Assembly: GCA_963708075.1 (NCBI GenBank)
Contig: OY970194.1
Location: 2,464,001 to 2,528,000 of the forward strand
Length of the DNA: 64,000 bases
DNA from: Sedimentisphaerales bacterium
GTDB taxonomy: Bacteria; Planctomycetota; Phycisphaerae; Sedimentisphaerales; Anaerobacaceae
Direction: 5' to 3'
In this document: piece by piece, positions 29,785-41,800 of the stretch
How the letters are laid out: each line of letters opens with the position of its first letter
Numbering within the stretch: position 1 is the stretch's first letter
Notes under the pieces: generated by a model
What the model saw: the letters and a program-made list of their open reading frames with translations, nothing else
Database searches by the model: none
Told to the model about the DNA's origin: nothing
Made by a program: the position numbers and the translations under genes

Positions 29785-31205
29785 TGCACTCCCTGCGGAC
29801 TCGACTGTTGGCCGGCATCGTCGGCGGGATGACGCTCCTGCTGACGGTCTTCAGCTTGCTTCTATATGCGATGATTGCCCGCGCGTTGGTCAACCAGTTT
29901 GACGCGTCGCTGGCGTCGATTGCCCAAATCCTGGCAGCGTCTGTCGAACACGATGAAGACCGGATCGAGATGGATCTCGCGGTGCAGCAGATGCCGGAGT
30001 TCCAGAACACCGGGCAGCCCACGTACTACGTACTCCGGCGACCTGACGGGACCATCATCGCTAAGTCCTCCCTGCTCGGAACACGCGATCTGCCCCGTTT
30101 CGAAGGCCTCGGAAAGACGCCGGCCTTCACCACGTTGAAGGACGAGGACGGCAAACCTCAGCGTGCGATGAGGCTGACTTTCGTGCCTAAGAGCACAGAC
30201 AGCAACGAAGAAGCCGCCCTTCAGGGGGCCGGCGGAGAAGCACTCACCCTCGCCGTAGCGCGCGATGCCACCGATTTGCAGAGGCAACTGTGGTCTTTGC
30301 GCTGGCTCCTGGCGGCCGCCTCTGCTGTGGTGATCGCTCTGTCCGTGCTCACCGGCACACTGGTCGTTGGGCGGGGACTTCGCCCGTTGCATCTCATCGC
30401 AGCCGAGATTGCGGCCGTCAAGACGGACGACCTGACTACTCGCATCGGGGCCGAACATGTACCTGCAGAGGCAGTCCCGATCAAGGAACGCCTCAACGAT
30501 TTGTTGTCCCGGCTGGAGGCGTCCTTCAACCGCGAGCGACAGTTCAACGCCGACGTTGCTCACGAACTCCGGACCCCATTGGCCGGGATTCGCTCCACGA
30601 TAGAGGTGACGCTGGCACGCCCGCGAGATCCGGCGGAGTACCATGCCGCCCTTTCCGATTGCCTGGAAATCACGCAAGGCATGCAATCCGTGGTCAACAA
30701 TCTGCTGATGCTCGCCCGGCTTGACGCCCGGCAAACCACATTCAAGACTGAGGAGGTCCGGCTCGCCGAACTGGTCGATGGCTGTTGGCGCCCCTTTGCC
30801 GATAGAGCGAGTGTGCGGGAGGTAGTCTTCGAGAACGGCATCCCCATCGACATGATCTGTCTATCGGATCGCGAGCACCTGTCCATGATTCTCTCGAATC
30901 TCCTGGACAACGCTGTCGAGTACACGGATGAGAGGGGACACATCTGGACCGCCGCCCGGCGAGTGGAGGACTCCATGGAAATCACCGTCTCCAACACCGG
31001 CTGCCAACTGACCGCAGAGCAGGTGCCTCGTGTATTCGACTTCTTCTGGCGAGGCGATTCGTCCCGTCAGGGCACAGGGACTCACTGCGGCCTGGGACTG
31101 GCCCTTGTCCAGAGGCTCGTCAAGGCATTGAGCGGCCACGTCATCGCCGAGCTCCAGCCAAGCGGCATCTTCACTATACAACTGACCTTCCCGATCAAGC
31201 CGTGA
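29781..31205 (+). CDS. Sensor histidine kinase (HAMP-HisKA-HATPase)
   Basis: Two TMs; FNADVAHELRTPL; NLLDNAVEY; GLGLALV. Confidence 0.95.
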   Translation: MMHSLRTRLLAGIVGGMTLLLTVFSLLLYAMIARALVNQFDASLASIAQILAASVEHDEDRIEMDLAVQQMPEFQNTGQPTYYVLRRPDGTIIAKSSLLGTRDLPRFEGLGKTPAFTTLKDEDGKPQRAMRLTFVPKSTDSNEEAALQGAGGEALTLAVARDATDLQRQLWSLRWLLAAASAVVIALSVLTGTLVVGRGLRPLHLIAAEIAAVKTDDLTTRIGAEHVPAEAVPIKERLNDLLSRLEASFNRERQFNADVAHELRTPLAGIRSTIEVTLARPRDPAEYHAALSDCLEITQGMQSVVNNLLMLARLDARQTTFKTEEVRLAELVDGCWRPFADRASVREVVFENGIPIDMICLSDREHLSMILSNLLDNAVEYTDERGHIWTAARRVEDSMEITVSNTGCQLTAEQVPRVFDFFWRGDSSRQGTGTHCGLGLALVQRLVKALSGHVIAELQPSGIFTIQLTFPIKP

Positions 31206-31233
31206 ATCCGGTGACTTTTGCCTGTCGACAGCC

Positions 31234-31282
31234 AAAAGAAAGGCCTCGCCCATGCATTGGGTCTGCTGCATGGGCGAGGCCT
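31234..31282 (-). terminator. Intrinsic terminator downstream of pfk
   Basis: 16-bp perfect stem AGGCCTCGCCCATGCA / TGCATGGGCGAGGCCT; adjacent AAAAGAA is a U-tract on the minus strand. Confidence 0.75.
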
Positions 31283-31303
31283 GTGCAAAGCCATCTGTGG
31301 GAT

Positions 31304-32515
31304 CTAGACTCTTGGATTGTTGCCGAGATATTCGGTCTGGGGCAGCTTGCCGACCAGCGGCAGAGCGTAATCCATGAATGCCTGGGTCAGGCCGTTGCCG
31401 TCGGCGTTGATGAACTCGGCGGGCATGGACTTGGTCTTCTCGGCCACGTTCTTCAACTCGGTGCGGAATAACCCGACGCCATACTTGCCATTGATGCCGG
31501 TGCGCTTCATGGCCACCGAGCCGCTGTCGTACCTCAGGGCGTACTTGACCGCCTGCCGCCCGCAGCGCCGGGCCTCGTTCACGTCCACTGTGGACTGGAT
31601 CCCCGGGAAGCTTCGCTGCAGGTAGCCGAACGTATCCGCGCGGACGCGCTTGATCTTGAGCTTGCCCTTCACTTGCGATGCCAGGAAATCGGCGAGCGCG
31701 CCGGTGCCGGAAAGCTGGACGTTGCCGTGCGCATCCCTCTCCGCAGTCTCGGCGATCTTCTCCGCCCATACCTTGCCGTCGGCATCGCACATGCCCTCGC
31801 TGACGGCGATCACGCAGCGGTTGAGCCTCTTGTAGACCGCATCGACGTCGGCGAGGAACTTGTCCATGGAGACGCCCCGCTCGGGGACGTAGACCAGGTG
31901 GGGACCATCGTCGTTTCGGATCTTGCCCAGCGTCGACGCGGCGGTCAGGAAGCCCGCGTGACGGCCCATGATCACGTCGATTTTCACGCCCGGCAGAGCG
32001 CGGTTGTCGAGGTCGTCACCCATGACCGCCATGGCGACGAACTTCGCCCCGGTGCCGTAACCCGGACAATGATCCGTCACGAGCAGATCATTATCGATGG
32101 TCTTGGGGACATGGAACGCACGGATGTCGAAGCCGGCTTCATCGGCCACCGTGTTGAGGATGTGAGCCGTGTTGGCCGAGTCATTTCCACCAATGTAGAA
32201 GAAGTAACGGATGTTGCGTCTCTGGAAGACCTCCAGGATCTTGCAGCAATACTCCTTATCCGGCTTGTCCCTGCTGCTGCCGAGTGCCGAGGAGGGGGAT
32301 GCCGCCACGGTCGCGAGTGTCTCGTCCGAGAGCTTGCCCAGATCGATGAACTGGTCCTTGACCATCCCCGCCACCGCGTGGACAGCCCCGTAGATATTCT
32401 GAATCTCAGGGTGCTTCTTCGCCTCTTCAATGACGCCGACCAACGAGGCGTTGATCACGCCGGTCGGTCCGCCCGACTGCCCTACGACCGCGTTTGCTGT
32501 TGGTGCCTTTGCCAT
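31304..32515 (-). CDS. pfkA: Phosphofructokinase, PfkA family (probably PPi-dependent)
   Basis: GQSGGPTGVIN, YIGGNDS, PKTIDNDL, MGRHAGFL, YVPE; Asp in GGND suggests PPi use. Confidence 0.92.
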   Translation of the reverse strand: MAKAPTANAVVGQSGGPTGVINASLVGVIEEAKKHPEIQNIYGAVHAVAGMVKDQFIDLGKLSDETLATVAASPSSALGSSRDKPDKEYCCKILEVFQRRNIRYFFYIGGNDSANTAHILNTVADEAGFDIRAFHVPKTIDNDLLVTDHCPGYGTGAKFVAMAVMGDDLDNRALPGVKIDVIMGRHAGFLTAASTLGKIRNDDGPHLVYVPERGVSMDKFLADVDAVYKRLNRCVIAVSEGMCDADGKVWAEKIAETAERDAHGNVQLSGTGALADFLASQVKGKLKIKRVRADTFGYLQRSFPGIQSTVDVNEARRCGRQAVKYALRYDSGSVAMKRTGINGKYGVGLFRTELKNVAEKTKSMPAEFINADGNGLTQAFMDYALPLVGKLPQTEYLGNNPRV

Positions 32516-32718
32516 TTCGAATATTCTCCAAAAAGAACGTAGATCGGCCGATGGGAAGCAATCAATCCATCAGCCCATAGCTCACATTCCCTTCGCACGC
32601 GAAGGCGTCATTATACAAACCATACCCCGATGCTCAACAGGGAATCGGAAAATTCATGCGCATGCCTTTCGCTGAAATGCGGATCGGTGTTTCCCTTGTG
32701 CAGCAAATCCGCTATCCT

Positions 32719-33669
32719 ATGGGAAAGACTCTGTGTGACAGGAGAATGAGAATGGGCATGTGCAGAAGGCGTTTGTTCGAGGCAATCTTGGGCTTGCTCT
32801 GGGTCTCGCAGGCAGCGTGGGCAACTGATTCCGCTCCGCAAAGGCAGGCGGCACTGACCTTCTTCGGCTGGTCGGATCAGCATGTGCAGGTCGATGGCAA
32901 TGGGGATCATCTGGTCCCCGCGATCGAGGCGATGAACACCCTGCCCGGCCGGGCATACCCGGAGGCTATCGGCGGCACTGTGGATAAGCCCGCCTTTGTG
33001 TTCGGCCTCGGGGACGTGACCGAGTGGCCCAGCCGTGCTGCGATCGATACCTATGAGCAACTCATCACAAAGCGGCTCAAGTTCCCCACATACGACATCG
33101 CCGGCAACCACGATATCGGCGGCCTGTCGCCGGTGGACACCGTTCTCAGTTGGATCACCAGGCGTCACGGGGCGTTGCGATACACGTTCGACAAGGGCGG
33201 CGTCCGCTTCATCGGCCTGTTCTCAGAATACGACGAGAAACTGAACAATCCCGCTCAGCCGATTTCGAAGCAGGCCCTTCAGTACCTTCGCGAGACACTC
33301 GCCAAAGTGCCTGAGGGTAAGCCGGTCGTTGTCGCTACACACCTGTGCTTCGACGCGATCACGAACCGTGACGAGCTGGTGGACGCCTTCGGCAAGGCGA
33401 ACGTCATCCTGGTCCTCGGCGGGCATTACCACAAGGCGACCGTGCACAACTTCCGCGGCGTCAACTTCGTCCAACTGCCCTCCCCCGAGCCCAAATCCGC
33501 CGGCGAGTTCACCGTGATCCGCGTCACCTCCAACCGCCTCGTCGCCATCCCCTTCAATTACAGAGAGAACCGATGGGCCTCTGAGAAGCAGAAGATCCTC
33601 GACGTGCAAATCAAAGGGCCAGCCAATTCGCCTGTCGAAAAAGAGGAGTCTGCTGCACCGGTGAAATGA
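32719..33669 (+). CDS. Exported calcineurin-like metallophosphoesterase (start uncertain)
   Basis: SDQH, GDVTE, AGNHD, TH, GGHYH motifs. Confidence 0.88.
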   Translation: MGKTLCDRRMRMGMCRRRLFEAILGLLWVSQAAWATDSAPQRQAALTFFGWSDQHVQVDGNGDHLVPAIEAMNTLPGRAYPEAIGGTVDKPAFVFGLGDVTEWPSRAAIDTYEQLITKRLKFPTYDIAGNHDIGGLSPVDTVLSWITRRHGALRYTFDKGGVRFIGLFSEYDEKLNNPAQPISKQALQYLRETLAKVPEGKPVVVATHLCFDAITNRDELVDAFGKANVILVLGGHYHKATVHNFRGVNFVQLPSPEPKSAGEFTVIRVTSNRLVAIPFNYRENRWASEKQKILDVQIKGPANSPVEKEESAAPVK

Positions 33670-33681
33670 TCTTTGTCACAC

Positions 33682-34932
33682 TCATCCCCAGGCACGCGTG
33701 ACTTCCTCGGCGATGATTTGGACGCCGGCGGCGACGACCTTGTCGTCTTGGGCGTAGTTGACGCGGATGCACTCGTGGACGTGGGGCCAGGGGTCGGAGA
33801 GGCCGGGGAAGAAATAGTGGCCGGGGACGATGAGGACGCCCCGCTGTTTCAATCGCTCGTAAAGCTGCTGGTTTGTGATCGGCAGGCCCGGAAACCACAT
33901 CCAGACGAAGAACGCCCCCTCCGGCTGGTGGACATAGTAATCCACGTCCTTGAAGCATTTGTGAATCTGTTCCAGCACCTGCTGCGCTTTGGCCTGGTAG
34001 AACGGTCGGATGATCTCGCGGCCGATGCGGAGGATCTCGCCGGAACGGACCGAGTCGCTGATGAGAGCCGGGCCTACGCCGCCCGGAGCAAGGCTCATCA
34101 CGGCGTTGACCCGCGCGACCATGTCCACGATCTCCTGGCGAGCGATGACGATCCCCGTGCGCACACTGGGCAGGCCCAGCTTGGACAGGCTCATGCAGAG
34201 GATCATGTTCTCGTTCCACAGGGGCTCGGCATCGGTGAACACGATGTTCGGGAAAGGCGTGCCGTAGGCGTTGTCCACGATCAGCGGAATGCCCTTAGCC
34301 ATCGCCAGATCGCTGAGCCTCTGCAATTCAGAGTTGCCGAGCACGTTGCCTGTGGGATTTGTCGGCCGCGAAACGCACACCACCCCGACTTCATCCGGGA
34401 TCGCCAGACTGTCGAAATCGATGTGGTACTTGAAGAGACGATCCTCCAGGTGCTCGATCCGCGGCTTGTTGGCGAGGAATAGATCAGGGGCCAGGCCCAC
34501 GTCGCAATAGCCGATGTACTCAGGCATCAGGGGGAAAAGGACCTTCTTCGTTGTCCCGTCCTCGTACCGGCCCGCGAAGAGATTGAGGAGCATGAAGAAG
34601 GCGATCTGACTGCCGTTGGTCAGGGCGATGTTCTGCGGACCGATGTCCCATCCATATTGTCGTCGCAGAAGTGTGACGAGGGCTTCAATGAACTCGACGT
34701 TGCCGCCCGGCGGGTCATAACTACCGATGACCCGCTCGAACCGGTCGCCATCGGCCAGGATTTGCGTCATGCTCCGGCGAAAATACTGCTCCACCTGCGG
34801 GATATGCGCGGGATTGCCGCCGCCGAGCATGAGGACGTCACGCCCCGCCGAGGCCGCGACGCCGAGATCGTCCATCAGTTGGCCGATCCCCGATTGCACC
34901 GCCAGTTTCCGCCCGAACTTCGATACGTCCAT
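33682..34932 (-). CDS. avtA: Valine--pyruvate aminotransferase
   Basis: LGGGNPAHIP, LTNGSQ, PEYIGY, SRPTNPTGNV, DNAYG.PFP, SLSKLGLP..RTG, VPGHYFFPG. Confidence 0.92.
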   Translation of the reverse strand: MDVSKFGRKLAVQSGIGQLMDDLGVAASAGRDVLMLGGGNPAHIPQVEQYFRRSMTQILADGDRFERVIGSYDPPGGNVEFIEALVTLLRRQYGWDIGPQNIALTNGSQIAFFMLLNLFAGRYEDGTTKKVLFPLMPEYIGYCDVGLAPDLFLANKPRIEHLEDRLFKYHIDFDSLAIPDEVGVVCVSRPTNPTGNVLGNSELQRLSDLAMAKGIPLIVDNAYGTPFPNIVFTDAEPLWNENMILCMSLSKLGLPSVRTGIVIARQEIVDMVARVNAVMSLAPGGVGPALISDSVRSGEILRIGREIIRPFYQAKAQQVLEQIHKCFKDVDYYVHQPEGAFFVWMWFPGLPITNQQLYERLKQRGVLIVPGHYFFPGLSDPWPHVHECIRVNYAQDDKVVAAGVQIIAEEVTRAWG

Positions 34933-34968
34933 CTTCTGAGCCCCATCCGAACACACCACTCAGGATCT

Positions 34969-35048
34969 GGGTGGCAGCGTCAAGCGCAGCTTGGCGATGG
35001 TTTGCCCATTCGCCATCGCCAAGGCCTTTGGCCTTGACACTGCCACCC
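34969..35048. repeat. REP doublet (REPIN-like, 80 bp) between addA and avtA
   Basis: GGGTGGCAGCGTCAAGCGCAGCTTGGCGATGG-loop-CCATCGCCAAGGCCTTTGGCCTTGACACTGCCACCC. Confidence 0.9.
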
Positions 35049-35084
35049 GGTTCAATTGTCCGTTTCTCATCATGCGCCGAGGGA

Positions 35085-38000
35085 TCACACCTGCACGGCT
35101 TGTCGAGGCACCATGAAATAGAGCCACTTCGCAAGGACATTGTCCCGCAGGATAGCGGCGGCGGCTTGGGCATATAGATTCACTTGGCCTCGATAGGTCT
35201 CCGCTCGTGCAGCGATGTCATTGCGGCCGACGCGGTCGGTTTTGAAATCAATGACGATCAGGCCCTGCGGCGTCTGCACAAGCACGTCGATCACACCCTG
35301 CACGACGATGAACTCGCCGGCCGCCCCGTCGGGTGTGCGATGAGCATACGTGAAGGGCCACTCGCGCAGGACACGGTTGGCCCTGTCAAGGACGACCGCA
35401 CCCAGGTCGCACTGAAAGAAGGCCAGGATCATCTCGGCCTTGACGCTCTCGGCCACTTCCACCGTCATGGCATGCTCGTGGACAAGCCGGCTCTTCGTCC
35501 GCTCGATCACATCCAGCGTGATTGGCTGCTTCAGGTCGAGACCGGCGATGACTGAGTGGGCCGCCGTGCCGGTCGATAGCGGATCGTACGGCTGAGTCGC
35601 CACGAGTCCCGGCGCCGCCAGGGCAATCGGCAGACGTGCGAGAGCCTGTGAGGAATCGCGCAGCGCGAATGTATCATCAGGATGCGTCAGCTTCGTCACC
35701 GAACTCTTGGCCGGCGAAGTGACCGCCCGGGCAAACGGATACCGCCAGCCCAAATGCTCCTTGAGCTCTGCAAGCAGCCTCTTTGCTTCAGCCGAAGGTT
35801 TTGGTTTGTTCTGTGCCGGTTTCGTGCCATTGGTCTTTCGGGCCCGCAGGTTCAGAACGAGATCGGAGAACGCCTTCAACTCCTCCCGGCCGTAGAGCCT
35901 GAACTCGAACAACCCATCGTCGCGGGCGCTGTCGCTCAGGTCGGTGCCGAACGCCTGGTGCAGGATGCGCTGATCGGACAAGCCGTACAGAATCCATTCG
36001 AGGCCGTTCTTGCACGCCGTCAGCAGCCAGTCGGGAATTCTCTTCTCGCCCAGCAGCAGGCCGGTGGCGAGATACTTGCCGCAATCGGTCCGCTTCTGCG
36101 ACGCCGTCAGAATCAGCCGGTCCTTGGCTCGCGTCGTGGCGACGTAAAGAATCCGCATCTCTTCCGCCAGGCCGGCCGCCTGCTTCTTCTCGCCAATCAC
36201 CTGGTGCGCCAGCGACTGCAGCTTCGTGTTCGATCGCGCGTCGACGATCTGCAGGCCCACGGCGTCATCCGTATCGACGACCATGTCCGCGTAGAGGTCC
36301 CGCCGATTGAATTCCGTCTCGAGCTCCGCGAGAAAGACGACGGGGAATTCGAGTCCCTTGCTCTTGTGCACGCTCAGGATGCGCACGGCGTTGCCCGCGG
36401 CGCTGCCGGGTTGCGCCGGCGCCCAGTCCTGCCCCGCCGCCTGGAGCCGCTCGATGAACTCGACGAACCGGGTCAGTGACGCGATTCCCGTATTGCTGGC
36501 AAAGCCTTCGAACTGGACGGCACGGTCGTGGAGTTTGAGGAGATTGGCCTTGCGGGCCTGGCCGTTGGGCAGGGCCGAGACGAACGCAATAAAGGAGCTT
36601 TCGCGATAGATTCGCCAGAGCAGGCCCGCCAGGTCGCCACGGCGGGCGAGGCTGCGCCACTGTTCCAGCGTCTTGAACGCCGTGTTCAGCTTGCCTCGCA
36701 GCGTCTCATCCGGCCCGCGATCGCGGTACCGAATGGCACAGGAATAGAAGTTCGACACATCAGGCTGGTCTTGTCCATGCAGGCGTATCCGGGCCAAATC
36801 GCTGTCGCTAATGGCGAAAAATGAGCCGCGAAGGACCGCGGCCAGCTCGATGTCCCGCTGGGGATTGTCGAGGACCTTGAGCAGGCACAGGACGTCGTTA
36901 ATCTCGGTGGCCTCGAAGTAGCCGGCGGTCGCGTCACAACTGACCGGGACGCCGTTCAACCGCAGAATCTCAACATAATCGTTCGCTTTCTTGGCCAGCG
37001 AGCGCATCAGGATAACGATGTCCCGATACTCGACGTTGCGCAGCGAGTCCGTCTCGCCGTCATGAATCTGGAACTCCGCCCGGCCCGTGTCCGCGCCGAC
37101 AATCTGCCGGATGCGCTGTGCGATCATCGCCGCCTGGCGGTGCCGCGCATGCACAAGACCGATATCTTCACCGGTTTTCGTGTCCACTTCGTCTTCACTC
37201 GCCGCTTCTGTGCCGCCGGCCTTCTCATCGAGGATGTGCAGTTCCACGAGAGGCTTGCTCCGGGTGGCAGCGTCAAGCGCAGCTTGGCGATGGTCTCCTG
37301 CGAATGCGCCATCGCCAAGGCCTTCGGCCTTGACGCTGCCACCCGTCTCAGGAGCTTGCGGCCCCTCCTGCGGCGCGGGCGCAGGCGGGCGGCCTCATCG
37401 TAGTCGATATTCGCCACGGCGGCTGTCATAATCCGGCCGAATACCTTGTTCACGAAGTCCAGAATGCCTTTGGCGGAGCGGAAGTTGTAGTTCAGGTCCA
37501 CGCGGAAGCCGCGGGCGATCTCCTTCGGATCGACGGAGGCCGGGGTCAGATGCTCGAGGAAAATGGTCGGCTCGGCCCCGCGCCAGGCGTAGATGCTCTG
37601 CTTGACGTCGCCGACGACAAAGACGTTGTCGCCTGAGCCCAGCGCGTCGAGGATCGCCTGCTGCACGGGGTTGATGTCCTGATACTCATCGACGAAGATG
37701 TACTTGTACCGCTTGCGCAGGGCCAGGGCCGTCTCGCTGGGCGCCAACTGTCCCGCAGCCGGGCTCTCGGTCAGCAACTGCAGAGCGAATCGTTCCAGAT
37801 CGGCGAAATCGAGACCGCTCAACGCGCGTTTTCGCTCCGCGTACAGCCGTGTGAATTTCTGCACCAGCTCGATCAGGACCTGCGTCTGCATGCTCGTGGA
37901 GCGACCAACGAGGTCCAGGTAGTCGGGATTGACCAGGGCCAGTCCGCTCAGACCTTTCACGGTCTTGCTCGCCCCATCAACCAGCCCACCCACTACATTG

Positions 38001-38893
38001 CCGATCGTCTCGGACAGATCTTTCGGAGAGATCTTTCGCAGCGACTGGAGTGCCTGGATGTGCTCGATACAGCCCTGCCATTTACCCGCCTTGAGTTTCG
38101 CGAGGCATCCCTTCACGGGCTCAACCCAGGCCGCCTCCATCTTGTCGCCCCAGTCCCCATCGGGGAGTTCCTGCCGGTACAGCTTCTGTGCCCAGGCCAG
38201 CCGGCAGAGGACGGCATTCAGACGGGTCTCAATGAGTCTCTTCTGCTTGCGTCCGAGCTCGGCATCCGAGGCGTTCGCCGCGGCCGCTAGCGTCCGGGCC
38301 CGCTCGCACCATGCATCGGGGACCACGACCCCTTCGAGGAAATCAGCAAGCTGGATGACGCTGGAGAGAAAGCCGTTGTTCTCGCGCAGGTCCCGGCCGC
38401 GCAGAAGCTCGTGCAGGCCCGGCGAGAGATGATTCTGCTGCCACGCCCACTCGACTGTCTCCTCGAGCATCTCCGCCTTGAGCAACATGGCCTCGTCGCT
38501 GTCGATGACCCGGAACGACGGATCGAGGGACAGCTTATGGAAGTGCTCCGTGATCATCCGTTTGCAGAACGAGTGGATCGTACTGATGTCGGCGCCCTGG
38601 AGCAGGGTGAGCTGGCGGGCCAGCCGCGAGTCGCGCGTGCGGTGAAACGCCTCGCGAAGCTGCTTGGCGATGCGGGAGCGCATCTGCTCGGCCGCCGCAT
38701 CCGTGAACGTCAGCACGAGCATGTTGAGCACGTCGGGACACACGGCGCCGTCCGAGATCAGGTTGATGCAGCGGCCCGACAAGACCGCCGTCTTACCCGT
38801 CCCAGCGGACGCGGTGACGAAGATATTGCCGCCGCGGCTCAGGATCGCCCGCGCCTGCTGGTCCGTCCACTTGATTGGCTTATCCTTGCTCAT
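35085..38893 (-). CDS. addA: Helicase-nuclease AddA, split by a frameshift between about 37250 and 37395
   Basis: ASAGTGKT, VDEYQD, VGDVKQSIY, NFRS in ORF 37124-38893; SVHKSKGLEF, RILYVATTRA, QGVID...IDFKTD in ORF 35085-37247. Confidence 0.93.
37262..37344. repeat. REP doublet (83 bp) inside the addA coding region
   Basis: Same arms as the 34969 copy, different central loop. Confidence 0.9.
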
Positions 38894-41800
38894 CCGTTCT
38901 CAAGCTTCGCAATCAAATCGTCCTTGCTGATCGGCGACAGGAAGTTGTAGTCATTGATCTGCCAGTCGAAGTGACAGACGGGCAGAAACTCACAGAACGT
39001 ACAGCCTCGCTCGCTGCCGCGATGATACGGCTTGCACTCGATCCTGCCGGAGGCGATATCGGCCGCCAGGCGAATAACGTTCTTCCGCGACCACTCCAGC
39101 AGACTTGTGAAGTGCGCAGGCCGAAGGGCGTTGCTCCGCGAGTATTGTCCGTATGGGTCGCCGTCTTTCTTAACGTAGAAACCGTAGTAGTCGCTGTATC
39201 CGGCGGCGCCGGCATCGAGATGCCCGCAATAGGCGCCGTTGATGATGCCTCGGGCCTTGCGCTGAAACTTGCGGCTCCCCTCGTCGAACTCGTCCGGTTT
39301 AGCCCTTTGAGGGGGCGTCTCGATCGGCAGGTACAGCGCCCCGGCGATATCATCCGCGTATGCTGAGCCGGCGTGGTGGACGGCGAGCATGTATATGGCA
39401 AGCTGAACATCGAGGCCATGGTACAGGCTCGACCAATCGAAGCGGGCGCCGCTCTGCGTGCGCTTGTAATCGAGGATGAGCGCTGCCTTCCTGCCGTTGA
39501 CCTCGGCGATGTCGAGCCGGTCGATTTTGCCGCTCAGGATGAGCCTGCGGCCGTCCGGCAGGGGCAACTCGAATCGGCTGAACTTGCTCGAGGCGTCCGC
39601 CGCGTGCCCGAAGGCCGCCTCAGACAGTCGGGGCCGGAAGGACCCTGCCCGGACCATCTGGGCGATGGCCAGCACGCAGTCGCGCAGGACCTCGCCGGCA
39701 CTGTAAATGACGAACGCGTTGTGCGCGGACCGCTGTACGAAATTCGAGAGAAACGAGTCCTGCTCCATGAGTTTTGCGATCTGCTCGTCCAGGAGTAGCA
39801 CGAGGCGGTCCTCCTTGACGGAGGCGAAGCTCTCCCGCTCGGCGGACAGCCGCCTCTGGAGCGAATCCAGCACGCTATGGTAAAACAGGCCCAGGTCCAG
39901 TGGATCGAGTTTGAATTCCCGCCGGGGCTTGAGGTCCAGCGTGTATCGCACGAAGTGCCTGTAGGGGCAGGTGGCAAAGGCGGCCAGCCGGGTCGCGGAA
40001 CCCCGGATTTCACTGCCGAAAAGCTCTTTCGCCACGGCCGGCTCCAGGCTCGCATGATTCTCGTAACTCAGTGCGGCGGCGACCGGCCGAATGATCGACT
40101 CTTGATCGCCGGCCAACTGCATCGCGTCCAACAGCCCCTTGAGCCGGTCCTTGTCGCAGGCAGCGGCGAGGAATGCATCCCTGCCGAGCCGGGTACAGAG
40201 CAGCTCCGTCAACTCCGCCCCGTTGCGAACATCGTCAAGCTCCAGCAGGTTATCTCCAACGAACTCCTCGTGGAGGTCGTCGAACAGCAGCTTCAGATCA
40301 TCAATGAAATGGGAATGGGCAATGGGGCCGCCCTTCTCATCGAGGCACGGAAAACTGATGCACAGAAACTCCGACGGCCTCGTGAATGCGATGTACGCGA
40401 GATATTGGCGGTCTGCGAGGAATTGGGCGGTGACAGGCGCGATATGAAACTCGGCGGTCTCGGCGGCGCAGCGGTCCTCGTCGGTCAGCACGCCGGTCGC
40501 GGGGATGGGGATGGGAAACTGCTTTTGCGTCGCGCCGAGCAGGAAAATCGCCTTGAGGCTCGGATGACGGCTTCGCTCGATGGAGCCGACGAGCACCTGG
40601 TCCAGGCTCGGCGGAATCAACGCCAGCGTCATCTGTGAGAAGGCCGAATGCAGAATCCCGAAGTAGTCCTGCGCGGTCATCTCCTCGTGGGTGAAGACCT
40701 CGGCAAGCTCGTCGAAGACATCGATGAGCGTGTCGAAGAACTGGCGATGCTCATCGGCCGTGCTCAAGTCGCCCTGCTCGCGGGCCTGCTCCACCCACTT
40801 GTTCAGCCGCTCACGAACGCGCAGACTGTCCAGCAGGTCAAAGATGCAACGAGTGAATGCTCCGGCCGTCAGGGTCTTCTGGGCATTGCCATTGAGGTGC
40901 AGAGCCGTGCGAAGCGTCAGCAGAGGCTCGATCACCTGATCGCGAATACGGTTGATCGCATCCTCGTCGAAGTCCGTATCATCGGCCGCCCGGAATCGCC
41001 ACGGCTCGCTACTGAGCCAGTCCCGGCCGTCCACGCCGAACGCGAGGCAATAGTTCTCAAGCAGGTCGATTTGGGCCGGATCGATGGCCGCAAGGTCGCT
41101 CTTGAGGTACGCGAAGACATCCGCGTGGTCAAAGCCGCCCGTGACCGCCTCCAGGGCCGTGCAGATCAGCTCCACCACCGGGTGCTGGTTGAGGGGCTTG
41201 CGCTTGTCGATGAAGAACGGGATGCCGTAACTGTCGAAGTACGCCCGCACGTACTGCTCGTAATGGTTGAGGTCCGATGCGACGACGGCGATATCGCGGT
41301 AGCGGTACCCCTTGTCGCGGACGAGCGTGAGGATCTGCCTGGCGACGAACTGGATTTCCGAGCGCAAGTTGGGCGCGGAAATCAGCCGAATCCTGCCCCC
41401 CGCCTTCGATTGGGCCGCCCCCGGGCAGAAGATACTCCCCTCGACGTGCCCAAGCGGCGGGCAAGCATCGAACCGGCGGACCTTGCTCAGAATGATCGGC
41501 TGAGTCAGGTGGATCTTGCACTCCGCTGCCCAGCGGAGCAGATCGAAATACGTCCGCTCGACCGGCTCGAACAGACCCTCCGGCGGCGGGGCAAAATAGT
41601 GGCTCGTGATCGAGCCAACGCGGGCGGGATCGACGCAAAACGCCACGTAAGCATGATCGACCGCCTTGAGCAGCTCACCCAAAATCGCCAGCTCGGCCCC
41701 GGTGAAACTGGCGAAACCGTCGATCCAGAGCCTCGCGCCCTTGACGAAATCCATGTCCGCGATCGCCCTGCACGCGGCATTCACCTGGGCCTCCGGATCG

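Noticed and set aside
34838..35173. Short ORFs with HRQAALDAAT or WQRQAQ peptides (also 42512-42970, 47195-47578)
   Set aside because: They are translations of intergenic REP doublets, not genes.
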